Origin: an uncultured Chloroflexia bacterium | GTDB lineage: Bacteria > Chloroflexota > Dehalococcoidia > GIF9 > UBA5629 | DNA length: 64,000 nt | Assembly (NCBI GenBank): GCA_963751585.1 | Contig: CAVVVB010000010.1 | Location: 1,456-65,455, forward strand | Direction of reading: 5' to 3' | Part shown: piece after piece, positions 52,593 to 62,215 of the stretch | Layout: each line of letters opens with the position of its first letter | How positions within the stretch are numbered: the first letter of the stretch is position 1 | Notes under the pieces: model-generated | Database searches by the model: none | What the model was told of the DNA's origin: nothing | The model's input: only the letters and a program-made list of their open reading frames with translations | Made by a program: the position numbers and the translations under genes

Positions 52593-53940
52593 ATGCAGAT
52601 TGAGAAGGTAGTAGAGTTATCGGAGCCGGCTCCTGAATTGAAGGAACCCGGTCCGGTAGCAAACCTATTTGCTACTCTTGTTGCCACTGCTTTCTACATT
52701 GGGATTCGGATTTCTTGCAGGTTAGAGATAATCGGGTTAAATAACTACACTGGGTCGCCTTCTACCCTTGTGGTAAGCAATCACAAAAGAGACCTGGACA
52801 TGCTGGCAATTGGTCCTGCCCTCCACTTTGGGGATAGATTCCCGCGTCCCTTGGTAAGACCATATTTCGCTGCCCACGACGATGAATTTGCACCAAGCTT
52901 TCTAGCTACTTACTTTACCCTGCCGCGGTGGCTCAGCCGGATAATATTATATAGACTGGATATTAGCCCCGTCATGTATGCTTTTAGGGCCCATCCTATG
53001 CGGCAGGCACACGCCGCCACTACGAATCAGGCCCTTAGAGAGGTGTTGCAACTGGAGGGCAATGTAGAGTTGGGAACAGTGCTCCAGGAAAGCTGGCTTC
53101 AAAGGTGCGCCGATTCCTTAGAAATACACGATCAACATGTTAAAGTCCATGACAATAAGGGACCTCATGAACTGGCGCTACCTGAAAGTCCTGCGACAGA
53201 AGGCCGACCCTTCTATGCTCCAAGGAAGCTTGTGTCGGCGAATGCGTCTTTTCCAAGGTAGGGCAATTCGAAAGCAACTAGAGTTTTTCGCCGAGCTATT
53301 GAGTCGGGGTAAAACCTTGTTCCTGGCTCCTGAAGGCGACCTCTCCCCTGATGGCAGGCTATGCCCCATCCGCGGCAGCCTTTACCGCCTGGTAAATATG
53401 TCTAGGAGAAAGGTAAAAATACTGCCAATGAATATCACCTACGACTTTATGACTACTGGCCGGATGAAGGCCTTTCTGAATATCGGGCGAGAAATACCCG
53501 AGACCAAAGGACTGTCCAAAGCCGAGTTGGAGCACCTGGTAAAGGACTCCCTCCTCAAGCTAGCGGTGGTAACAATGAGTCAGATAGGCAGCCACTCCCT
53601 GTATCACGAGGCTACCCAGGGGAATGATACTCTTATAGAAGAAAGCTGGCATGGTCAATTGGCAACCCTGGTGCAGAAAGCAGAAAAGGCTGGACTCAGG
53701 GTGGACAGGGCCTTACTTGAGGAACGGAGCTTGTACCAGAACTTCAAAGACTTCGTGAGGTACTGCCTCCGAAAGGGGCTGATAACCACAGCATCACCAG
53801 GAAGGCTACAAATCAACAGGGAAAGAATTCTAGACACCTCCTCCCCCGGATATTCCCAAAACCCAGTCTATTACTGTCACAATGAATTCAGCACTCTGCT
53901 TGGCTCTGAGTGCTGGCCCTTCTTGACCGCTCAAGAGTAG
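52593..53940 (+). CDS. Lysophospholipid (1-acyl-glycerol-3-phosphate) acyltransferase, PlsC-like; one apparent frameshift in the 53137-53261 overlap
   Basis: Block I VVSNHKRDLD (NHxxxxD) and block III FLAPEGDLS (xxEGxR-like) lie in the two overlapping ORFs. Confidence 0.7.
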
Positions 53941-54122
53941 CGATAGGGATGTTCGACGTTTCAGACCGTCCTTCTACGTTACCAGCAAGTTTGGAATCGC
54001 CGAAACTTGTTTTACATGCACATACAACAAGGGCGGAATGTTCAATGCATGTGGAGGCCTTTCTAATTTGGTAGATACGAGATATACCTCATTCTTGCCT
54101 ACTTGGTTTCCCTCAAGTGAGC

Positions 54123-54980
54123 TTATTTTGCTTCCCTCAGGATGGTGATTAGAGTTCCTGGTCCGCCGTGGACACCTAGCGCCGGCCCCAGTCTTACTAT
54201 TCGAGGCACTATGGTGGGAAAGAGTGAACTTGCATAGTCCGCCAATGTCTGAGCATCGTCAGGGGTGGTGCTGTGAACTATAGCCAAGTCCTCGATATGT
54301 GATACCGACCTCATAAACTCGTGGATTCGGTCTATCCCCTTTCCTCGGCTGCGTACTAGTCCAGCTGGACGAATCTCGCCGTCACGCAGAGTAAGTAATA
54401 GCTTCACATGAAGTACTGATTCTATTGCAGATATCGCAGAGGCAGCCTTTCCGAGACGCCCACCTTTGACTACGTACCTTAAAGTATCTAGAAGCGCCAA
54501 AACACGTAGCTGGCTAATAGTCTCATGAACTTTGTTTACTACCTGGCATAGACTGTATCCTGCTTCGGCAGCTTTAGCTGCTGCTATAGCAACAAGACCC
54601 TGCCACATTGTCACACCCTTAGAATCGATAACTTCAATGTGACATCCTTTCTTTTCGGCAGTCTCCTTACCCAGTAGCGCAGCATTGTAGACAGCACTGT
54701 GCTTGCTGGTGATGTGAATGGAAACAATCTCTCCAGTTTCTCGAGCCACTTCGTCATACGCCTTGGCGAAATCTCCCGGTGATGGTGCTGCCGTAGAAGG
54801 GTGAACTGGGCTGGTCATTAGTTTACGATAGAATTCGTCGCTATCTATATCGATTCCGTCGCGATAAACTTCGTCACCAAAAAGAAGATATACTGGCACT
54901 ACTCTAATGCCCAACTTCTTGGCTGCCTCTTGAGTAATGTCCGAGCCGCTGTCGGTAACAATCTTAACTGTCGTAGGTTA
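54123..54980 (-). CDS. DegV family (fatty-acid-binding, FakB-like) protein; the N-terminal 22 codons are in frame but no canonical start codon precedes them
   Basis: The frame upstream of the annotated Met reads TVKIVTDSGSDITQEAAKKLGIRVVPVY, homologous to MVKIVTDSVSDLPP of the neighbour. ACA sits at the position of the neighbour ATG. Confidence 0.7.
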
Positions 54981-55196
54981 AAAATGTCCTTTAAAAAATA
55001 GAATCGTATTGAGGCTGAGGGTTAAAGTATACTACTCTGGGCTATGCCATGCAAATAATTTCGCGGAAATGCTCACACCCCGGGCTAATCGACTTTTCAG
55101 GATCCTGCCCAGTTGTCAAATCTACACCGCAAAGGACTGACTTGAGAGAATTTTGTGGTTAGTCTTTGACTCGCACTAGTCTCCCATTGCACTTAC

Positions 55197-55290
55197 TAAT
55201 GGTCTCATTATAGAACGGACTTATCCACATTCAACAGTATATCCATTGAATTATGAGACCGTTAGTAAGTCCATAAAGATACGTTAGAAC
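55197..55290. repeat. 18-bp inverted repeat (ACTTACTAATGGTCTCAT / ATGAGACCGTTAGTAAGT, 17/18) with a spacer of about 45 bp between the two degV genes
   Basis: Read directly. Coordinates approximate within a few bp. Confidence 0.5.
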
Positions 55291-55336
55291 ATGGCCAGGG
55301 CAGGAGATAGTAATCATGGCGCGCCGCTTGAAGTTC

Positions 55337-56179
55337 CTAGTCCCCTTGTTCTTCCAGCACAGTCACCGCTAAAATACCGGGACCTGTATGTGTGCCTATC
55401 ACCGGATTAACATTTGACATATATAGGGGGATTTTGGGGAATATGGAAGCAATACGATTGGCCAATGCAGTGGCTTCAGCTATGTTAGTGCCATACTCAA
55501 CGGCCAATGCCTTTACCTTACCGAAACTGGTAGCAAACTTGAAGAGCCATTCAATAGCCTGATCTCTAGAGTGCGGCCTGGCAAAAGGAAAGGCTTCACC
55601 ATCCTTTATACCAAGGACGGGGTTTATTCTAAGCATTGTCGCCAGCAAAGCTTGTGTCTTGCCGATACGTCCTCCCATGACCAGATATTTGAGAGTGTCA
55701 AGAGTTGCCCGGATGTGAACTCGTGGAATAGTCCCTAACACCATATCCCTAATTGCACTGAGTTTAGCTCCAGCTAAAGCTTCCTTGGCTGCCTCTATAA
55801 CCAGCAGTCCCTGTCCCATTATGGCTAATGTGGAATCAACTACTGTTACCTGGCACTTTCCCTTCATAAGTTTTATCGCCTGCAATGCTACGTCATATGT
55901 GGCGCTAAATTTGCGGGATAGGAACACGGCTAGAATTTCGCGAGTTTCTTCAGCCAACTTATCAAAGACTTCAGCGATAAGACCAGCGCTTGGAGTCGAG
56001 GTCTTGGGCAGCATAGAACTATTCTTTAGCTTGTGGTAGAACTCTTCGGCAGTCAGGTCGACACCATCTCTATAGGTCTCGGTACCAAAGTGAACATTTA
56101 ATGGGATGACTGTAATTCCAAGGTCTTTAGCTATTTGGGGTGGCAGGTCAGATACACTATCAGTAACGATTTTAACCAT
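55337..56179 (-). CDS. DegV family (fatty-acid-binding, FakB-like) protein
   Basis: MVKIVTDSVSDLP N-terminus and C-terminal NVNPVIGTHTGPGILAVTVLEE. Confidence 0.85.
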   Translation of the reverse strand: MVKIVTDSVSDLPPQIAKDLGITVIPLNVHFGTETYRDGVDLTAEEFYHKLKNSSMLPKTSTPSAGLIAEVFDKLAEETREILAVFLSRKFSATYDVALQAIKLMKGKCQVTVVDSTLAIMGQGLLVIEAAKEALAGAKLSAIRDMVLGTIPRVHIRATLDTLKYLVMGGRIGKTQALLATMLRINPVLGIKDGEAFPFARPHSRDQAIEWLFKFATSFGKVKALAVEYGTNIAEATALANRIASIFPKIPLYMSNVNPVIGTHTGPGILAVTVLEEQGD

Positions 56180-56319
56180 AATGCGTCTCCCTGGCTCAAA
56201 GCCACAGTCCTTTGTCAGTCTGCCAGATACCTAGGAGCTCAAGGCATATTCTATCAATTCTTCTTGCTAAATTCAAGCGCCCGGTTGGGTGAGCACACAT
56301 TTGCTTGGTTTGTGTAATA

Positions 56320-56356
56320 GGCACAAAAAGAGGGCTGGGGGAACAACTCCCCAGCC
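56320..56356 (-). terminator. Rho-independent terminator (GGGCTGGGG-loop-CCCCAGCCC plus T-tract on the minus strand)
   Basis: Perfect 9-bp GC-rich stem with CTCTTTTTG following on the minus strand, downstream of the 56876->56421 ORF. Confidence 0.6.
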
Positions 56357-56420
56357 CTCTTTCCAAGTAGATACTAGTTGTTTCTAGAACTCAAACAGTG
56401 CTGGCTGCAGCGCCTCCCTT

Positions 56421-56876
56421 TCAGCCACGGCTGCCTCTTTGCGCTCCCGCCGCTCGGCGCGGTCCCGCTCCAGCCTTATTGTTGTTCGCTGCCGATAGAG
56501 CCATGCTTTCAGCCGGTCGAGGTCTCTGCATCTGGTCATCCCGCAGTGACTCCACCCGGATATCCTCTGGTAGACCGCCTTGTTTGTGGCGTGAGTATGT
56601 CTTGCCAGCGACGTAGAGGTAGATTTGAGTCCAGTCGCTGTCCATGGGTTGGGTCAGTGAAACCGTCATGAGATAGGTGCAGGCCTCGGCATCCGTACCG
56701 GTCATCGCTTCACCCTTGAGTACCCCAATGTTCATCATCAGCCGCTCCACGGTGATGGCTCCCTTGAGCCAGTCGGGAAGGCTATCACCCCATCCCCCAG
56801 GAAAAACAAGAATAGGGTCAGTAAAGACACCCACGATATCGGAGATGCCTTTATCAAGCTGTTTTTCAGTTTTCAA
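56421..56876 (-). CDS. Hypothetical protein (integrated-element cargo)
   Basis: ORF with a downstream terminator. No recognisable motif. Confidence 0.35.
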   Translation of the reverse strand: MKTEKQLDKGISDIVGVFTDPILVFPGGWGDSLPDWLKGAITVERLMMNIGVLKGEAMTGTDAEACTYLMTVSLTQPMDSDWTQIYLYVAGKTYSRHKQGGLPEDIRVESLRDDQMQRPRPAESMALSAANNNKAGAGPRRAAGAQRGSRG

Positions 56877-56972
56877 TCGTTATCATCCTTTCTTTTAATC
56901 TTCCCATTTCAGGCATGGGTAGCCCCTGGAAGTGATACAATTTGCATCAAAATGAATCACTTCGAGACAGTT

Positions 56973-57365
56973 TTAGACAAGGGCTTGCGTGCTGCCATAC
57001 TTCTGGCTGGCCTGGTCGGACTGTATGGCATCTTTCGGTATGTCGTCGCGAAGCCTGTCAATGGCTCGTTTTATACTGCCATCCTGATGCTCTTTGCTCC
57101 AGGAAACCTCGCCGCCAGTGACTCTCTCAATTTCGGCAAGGATAGAGTTGAGTCCCTGCTCGATGTACTGGGGCAGGTTGTCTATCTTCCGGGCCTCCAG
57201 GGCAACAATCCTGGCTTGTTCTAGTGGCTCGGCTGCCTGGTTGATGAGTTCTTCAATCTTGTCGGCTGCCTCGCTCACCTTCAAGGCGCTCCATTTTATA
57301 GGCACAATTTCACCTCCTTCCCAGGGCATGGGTAGCCCTGTAGATTTGAGCGGTAACCCGCTCAT
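56973..57365 (-). CDS. Hypothetical protein (integrated-element cargo)
   Basis: ORF only. Confidence 0.3.
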   Translation of the reverse strand: MSGLPLKSTGLPMPWEGGEIVPIKWSALKVSEAADKIEELINQAAEPLEQARIVALEARKIDNLPQYIEQGLNSILAEIERVTGGEVSWSKEHQDGSIKRAIDRLRDDIPKDAIQSDQASQKYGSTQALV

Positions 57366-57930
57366 CTCTGACGCCTAACCGAGCTAGGCGTCAGAGTGAA
57401 AGGGTTACAGGCTAGCTCTTGAGAGCCAAGCTGATGGCTTCCTTCACCACCTCAGACCAGCACTCCAGTCCCCACTCCACGCCCTTCTTCACCTGGCGCA
57501 AGAATGTCATCGGTTATCGCTTCTTCAGGGATACCCATCTCCCTGGCACACCCGAGGACATCTTCTCTGGTGAGGACAAAGACGGTGTCCTTGTCTGCCA
57601 TAGCTGGCTTTCCTCCTTTCCCGAATATTCGACTGGAGCGCCTACTCCCTTTGGTTGTTATTCGTACTGTGCAACTGTCCGAGTGGACTTCCATTGAGTA
57701 CGCAACCGCCGGTACTGTCCCTGCCAATCGTGCCATGCACTGCCATCGGGCATCGGCACTCCCTGCCCTTTCCGCCACAAAAAAAGGGTAACCGTTTCCA
57801 CGTAGGGTTCACCCTGAAGGTTCTCCACGTAGGGGAACGATTACCCCTGAAAAAGACAAAAAGAGGCGAGAGTAAACCCTCGCCTCTTTTGCGTGGCTGT
57901 GTTCGGTCAAGCGTTCAATTTCGGCTTAAG

Positions 57931-59155
57931 CTATACGGCTACTGGTTCTTTTGCCTTGCGCTTCCGCTTCGGCTTCTCGGCTGGCTTCGGCTCGGCTTCC
58001 ACTTCGGCGATTGCCTCGGCTTCGGCTACCGCTTCGGCTACCTCGGTGTCCTTCGGCTTGGCTTCCTCGGCTGGCGCTGGCTCGGCTTTCGGCTTCTCGG
58101 CGTTGGTCAGCATCGGCATGGTAACGAGCAGGTATCCGTCAACCTGAAAGAGGACTGGCGATTTACCATCGGTGAGCTTCAAGTCCACCATACCGCTACA
58201 GGCTTTTAAGGCATCGGCAAGATACTTGCCGTCAAGTCCTCACCTTGTTGACCTCGCCCTCAATATCGGCTGGCATGACCGCCCGCCCCTTATCATCGGG
58301 GCTGGACAGCATCACCATACCGTTATCAAGGGTGAGGTCTATCGGGTAGGACTTGCTATCGGCGAGCACCTTGAGGGAGCTTATCGCCTTGCCAGCCTCA
58401 ACGGTGTCAAAGTGGACAACGGTTTTTGCCTCGTTCGGAATGAGCTTCTCATAATCGGGGAAAGTGCCATCGGCACTTACGAAGCTATACCGAATTGCCT
58501 CGGTATCAATAATCAGCTTCATTCCGTCAAGGCTCTCACCGCTTGCCTCAAAGCTCAGGTTGACCCGCCTTGCTTTACGCAGGGCGTTGGCGATACCCGC
58601 CAGGTCGTCACGGTTTATCAGGGCTTGCCCCTCACCGTCAAAGTCTATGCTCTGGACTGCCAGCCTGAAACCATCGGCACTCACCAGCTTTAGCTTCCCC
58701 TCACCAGCCTTGAACAGCACACACTGTAAAACAGGTCTGTTGTCCTCGGTAGCGGTAAAGGGTAGCGTTCTGTTAAGTGCCTCGGCAAGCTCCACATTCC
58801 CGATATTAGGCTTGACGGTGTTGTTAGGGCTTACCCTGACCTCGGCTAGGGTCATGGGGGTTTTATCCCCCACCCATGCCATGTCCTCAAGGTAACTGGT
58901 ATTGCTACCGCAAATCACCTTAAGGCGTTTCCCGATGCCATGCGACTCGCTATCAGCACCATTGGCAGGGACAACCTTGACCACGTTTGACCCCGCAATC
59001 GCCTTAAGGTAACCGAGTAAGCCTTTCCGCCCAATGGTGAAGTCCAGCAGCATCAGCCTTTCCGCTAATGCTCTGGACAGGGCGTTTACCAGCGTAGCCT
59101 TATGAGCTACAAAGCCGTTACCTGAACGCTTGCCCACGATATTAAGTTTTTCCAC
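57931..59155 (-). CDS. DNA polymerase III beta sliding-clamp (DnaN) homolog with one apparent frameshift (near 58191-58232) and a roughly 60-aa Lys/Ala/Glu/Pro-rich C-terminal tail
   Basis: Domain II VLQCVLFKAGEGKLKLVSADGFRLAV (cf. E. coli LNGMLFETEGEELRTVATDGHRLAV). The hallmark FPDYEKLIP (E. coli FPDYRRVLP). C-terminal YLLVTMPM (E. coli YVVMPMRL) on the second ORF. The tail is encoded by GCTTCGGCT-type repeats at 57950-58090. Confidence 0.7.
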
Positions 59156-59354
59156 TTAACCCCCTTTTGGCTATCTGGCTAGTGGGCAAATCTGCCAGCT
59201 TCACCTAGTAGTCAGCTTCCGTCAAGCTGCGAGACGCTAGCCTTAACGGTGCTGCCACTATATAAGTCGTCAAAAGGGGCTTAAAATGTCTACATCTGAA
59301 ACAGCTTTTTTTGCTCTCGTCTTCCGAAATCGCCACAGGTATTGTCTATCGCTC

Positions 59355-59852
59355 TTAGTTAGCGCTATCCCCGCTTTCAGCTTGTAGGCTATGGCCACCA
59401 GGCCGTTTGGGATAGCCTATTTCCCAAGTGCTATCGCTTACCCAAGCGTCAAGGTCAATCGCCTTATCATCGGCTATCAGCTCCCCCAGTTCGGTTAGCT
59501 CCCCATCTTCACCAATGATAGGCTTTGATAGGTATTCCAGCTTGATAGCCTTTGGGCAATCGCCGTATAGCCAGTCCTCTTTGCACTTTTGCCGTTGCGC
59601 CTTGCTACAGCTATGGCAATCTAAACCATTATTAGCCTTGTAATAGGCTCTCCAGTAGTCGGCTTGTGCTCGGCTGGCTATCCGATACATAGCAGCTTCC
59701 GTGAAGGGCTTATGACCGTTATTCCGCTCGGCTACGGCAAGGGTGAGTATTATATCGTGGAGTAAGTCCTCTGTGTCCTCTGCCTTTGCCTTGTGGGCAA
59801 AGCGGGAAGCTACCTTATAATAGGTAAGCCATTCGCTCTGGTAACTGGTCAT
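59355..59852 (-). CDS. Hypothetical Cys-rich protein, possibly regulatory (weak sigma region-2-like N-terminus)
   Basis: AEDTEDLLHDIILTLAV faintly resembles sigma-70 region 2. CHSC...C...C cluster. Not confidently assigned. Confidence 0.3.
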   Translation of the reverse strand: MTSYQSEWLTYYKVASRFAHKAKAEDTEDLLHDIILTLAVAERNNGHKPFTEAAMYRIASRAQADYWRAYYKANNGLDCHSCSKAQRQKCKEDWLYGDCPKAIKLEYLSKPIIGEDGELTELGELIADDKAIDLDAWVSDSTWEIGYPKRPGGHSLQAESGDSAN

Positions 59853-60598
59853 AGCCGTTACCGTTGCCGTCAGCTTGCCTTTGCTTTCGCCTTTGCCTAG
59901 ACTTGATATGGCGGGGCTTTGTCCGTTGAGTTTGGCAGCTTGCAGGCTTACCGCACCACTGGCAAACGCCCTGCCTTTCCTTTAGTGTCCAGACCTTACC
60001 GCATCGGCTACAATGCCCTTGCGGTGCTGGTGATGATGTTACTGCCTTGTCATCGCTTGACCCCCTTTCCGAGGGCAAGCGTTCAGGTCAGGTTTAACCG
60101 ATATTCAATTATTAAGGTACGCTAGATATTCCCCATTCAGTATTGAACAAAAGGAAGGATTGTGCATTAACAGAATGAACCTATATTTACATGAAAATCC
60201 CATGGAATAAGAAAAACGGAATTTCAGCAGTTGAAGATTTAGGCTTGCCCTAATTGACCCGTTAGCTCTACTTCCTAGCTACCGTAGAGGGCGAACTGGG
60301 GGTTTGACCAAGCTGCATCAGAGGCCGCCCTGCCAGCATCAGTCAGACGGAAATACCTTCGGGGTGGCCCCGGCGGATAATGGTCTTGAAAAGCTGATGC
60401 CTCTTCCTCGCCGGTAGGTTCTACCCAGCCTAATCTCTGAATGGTTGAAAAGTAGACCACAAAACTGTGGAAGCGACACCCCTTAATTTTACCGAAGCTG
60501 TAATGGCCTAGACACTTAACAAAAAGTGAGCTATGGCTGTGGCACGGAAATTGACTTTTGCAGCTTACTATGTTAACTTAATTGTAATAGGAGTAGAT

Positions 60599-60835
60599 AT
60601 GGGCAAAAGAGGGCCGAAACCAACCAGAGAACCCACTACGCATATCAGAGTTCCGGTGAGTCTCGCTGAAGCCCTTAGAAAAGCCGCTATCGATCGGGAT
60701 ATCTCCATTGCCACACTGTTTGAGGATATGAAGGATAAAATGCTCGGCATGCTTCCCATGCCGCCAAAGGAAGGGCCACCACTGCCAAGAAAGCTGGGCG
60801 TCAGGTGGCCTCGTAAGACTGAGAAGGGGGAGTGA
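60599..60835 (+). CDS. Small basic DNA-binding protein upstream of the integrase (excisionase/regulator-like)
   Basis: Start chosen at MGKRGPKPTREPTT. Basic N-terminus. Position immediately 5' of int. Confidence 0.35.
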   Translation: MGKRGPKPTREPTTHIRVPVSLAEALRKAAIDRDISIATLFEDMKDKMLGMLPMPPKEGPPLPRKLGVRWPRKTEKGE

Positions 60836-60838
60836 TCC

Positions 60839-61954
60839 ATGTCCAAAATACCAGAGGTTTTCAAAGGGCCTGATGAGGCGACGTTGGTAGACGACTGGTA
60901 TCCAAGCAATATACCAGGGATTGAGGTCACTGCCGATCCCCAGACCGGAGACGTTGTGGTGCGAGACAGGCGAATATCTACAATACCGCAGCTATTCGGC
61001 AAAGTGTCTCAGCCTGTACAGAGTAATGAACCTTCTACAGCCGATGCACTCAAAGACTTCCTCGCCTTACCAAAACATCAGGATTTCAGGTGCTATTTAA
61101 CGAAGTCTTTTCCCCCTCTAACTTTAATGTCTACGGTTAAGCAAATTCAGCATTTTATAGACCATGAGTGTGGGAGAAAGGACAAAGAGGGGAAACCTCT
61201 TATTCAACCCGGCGGCCGCCATGCTTACTATCGAGTCATAAGGTGTTTCTTTAATTGGGCGTTTTCTCCTGCCAGCGGTCTTGACTTAAAACCTTCAGAC
61301 AATCCTATAACCTGGGTAAAGGCTCCTAAAGTTCCCCGGAAGATTATGCCGGCGCAGACGAAGGAATCGGTTGAGGTCCTACTTTCTCATGTAGACAACG
61401 TCAGGGATCAGGCCATAATCTGCCTCTTCATCGATTCCGGGGTGAGGCTTTCCGGAATGGCGAATATTCATGAACCTGATATCTTCTGGGACAGGCACCT
61501 GATCAAGATTACCGCTAAAGGGGGCGACGAAAAGTTCATCACCTTTGGGATCGGGACGGAAGTCCTAATCCGTCAATGGCTTACTGAATATCATCCTAAT
61601 GGTGGGCCGATTTGGGGGATCAACCAATGGGGCATCGTCTCAATGTTACGTAGGCTCCAGAAATCGTCGGGGGTGAAATGCGGCGCGCATTCCTTCAGAC
61701 GGGGGTTTGCCTCGATTCTGAGAAGAAAAAAGATAGACTCACTGGACATCATGCGCCTAGGCGGCTGGAAATCTTTAAGCATGGTACAGACCTACACAGA
61801 ATCAGTCAATTATGATGATAGTCTGGAGCATTACCAGTCGCCGATCCAAGGACCTGCGGACGCGACCTGCGGACTTCAAAAGACAGGCTTGGTAGGCCGT
61901 GCAGGATTCGAACCTGCGACCAATGGATTAAAAGTCCACTGCTCTACCAGCTGA
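60839..61954 (+). CDS. Tyrosine-type site-specific recombinase/integrase (phage integrase family)
   Basis: The C-terminal catalytic region HSFRRGFASILRRKKIDSLDIMRLGGWKSLSMVQTY carries the R...H-x-x-R...Y pattern. Its 3' end overlaps tRNA-Lys on the opposite strand. Confidence 0.85.
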   Translation: MSKIPEVFKGPDEATLVDDWYPSNIPGIEVTADPQTGDVVVRDRRISTIPQLFGKVSQPVQSNEPSTADALKDFLALPKHQDFRCYLTKSFPPLTLMSTVKQIQHFIDHECGRKDKEGKPLIQPGGRHAYYRVIRCFFNWAFSPASGLDLKPSDNPITWVKAPKVPRKIMPAQTKESVEVLLSHVDNVRDQAIICLFIDSGVRLSGMANIHEPDIFWDRHLIKITAKGGDEKFITFGIGTEVLIRQWLTEYHPNGGPIWGINQWGIVSMLRRLQKSSGVKCGAHSFRRGFASILRRKKIDSLDIMRLGGWKSLSMVQTYTESVNYDDSLEHYQSPIQGPADATCGLQKTGLVGRAGFEPATNGLKVHCSTS

Positions 61955-61964
61955 GCTAACGGCC
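61889..61964 (-). tRNA. tRNA-Lys (anticodon UUU), 76 nt with encoded CCA
   Basis: The reverse complement GGGCCGTTAGCTCAGCTGGTAGAGCAGTGGACTTTTAATCCATTGGTCGCAGGTTCGAATCCTGCACGGCCTACCA folds as a cloverleaf. Anticodon loop CTTTTAA and T-loop GGTTCGAATCC. Near-identical to E. coli tRNA-Lys. Confidence 0.9.
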
Positions 61965-62215
61965 CGCTTTAGAAAAAAGGGATTCCAGCTTTTAATTCTA
62001 GCAAATCAGCCTCTCTTCGCGCAACCCTGTAATCTCGTGCCTTCATTTTTACCTCTCCCTTTCCCCACCCCGAACGGGGCGTCTAAGAGGGGTGTAAACC
62101 CCTCTTCAAATTATTCCCCCTTCCCTCGGGAATTATGAAGGGAAGGGGGTCAGGGGGATAGGTCACTATCATCCCCTTTGTCTATCCTCCGCCTTTGCGC
62201 TATAATGCAGTCACG

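Noticed and set aside
59815-60078. 87-aa Cys-rich ORF overlapping the 3' end of 59355-59852 in another frame
   Set aside because: Overlaps a better-supported ORF. It could be real (zinc ribbon CSRCG...CQWCG) but evidence is insufficient.
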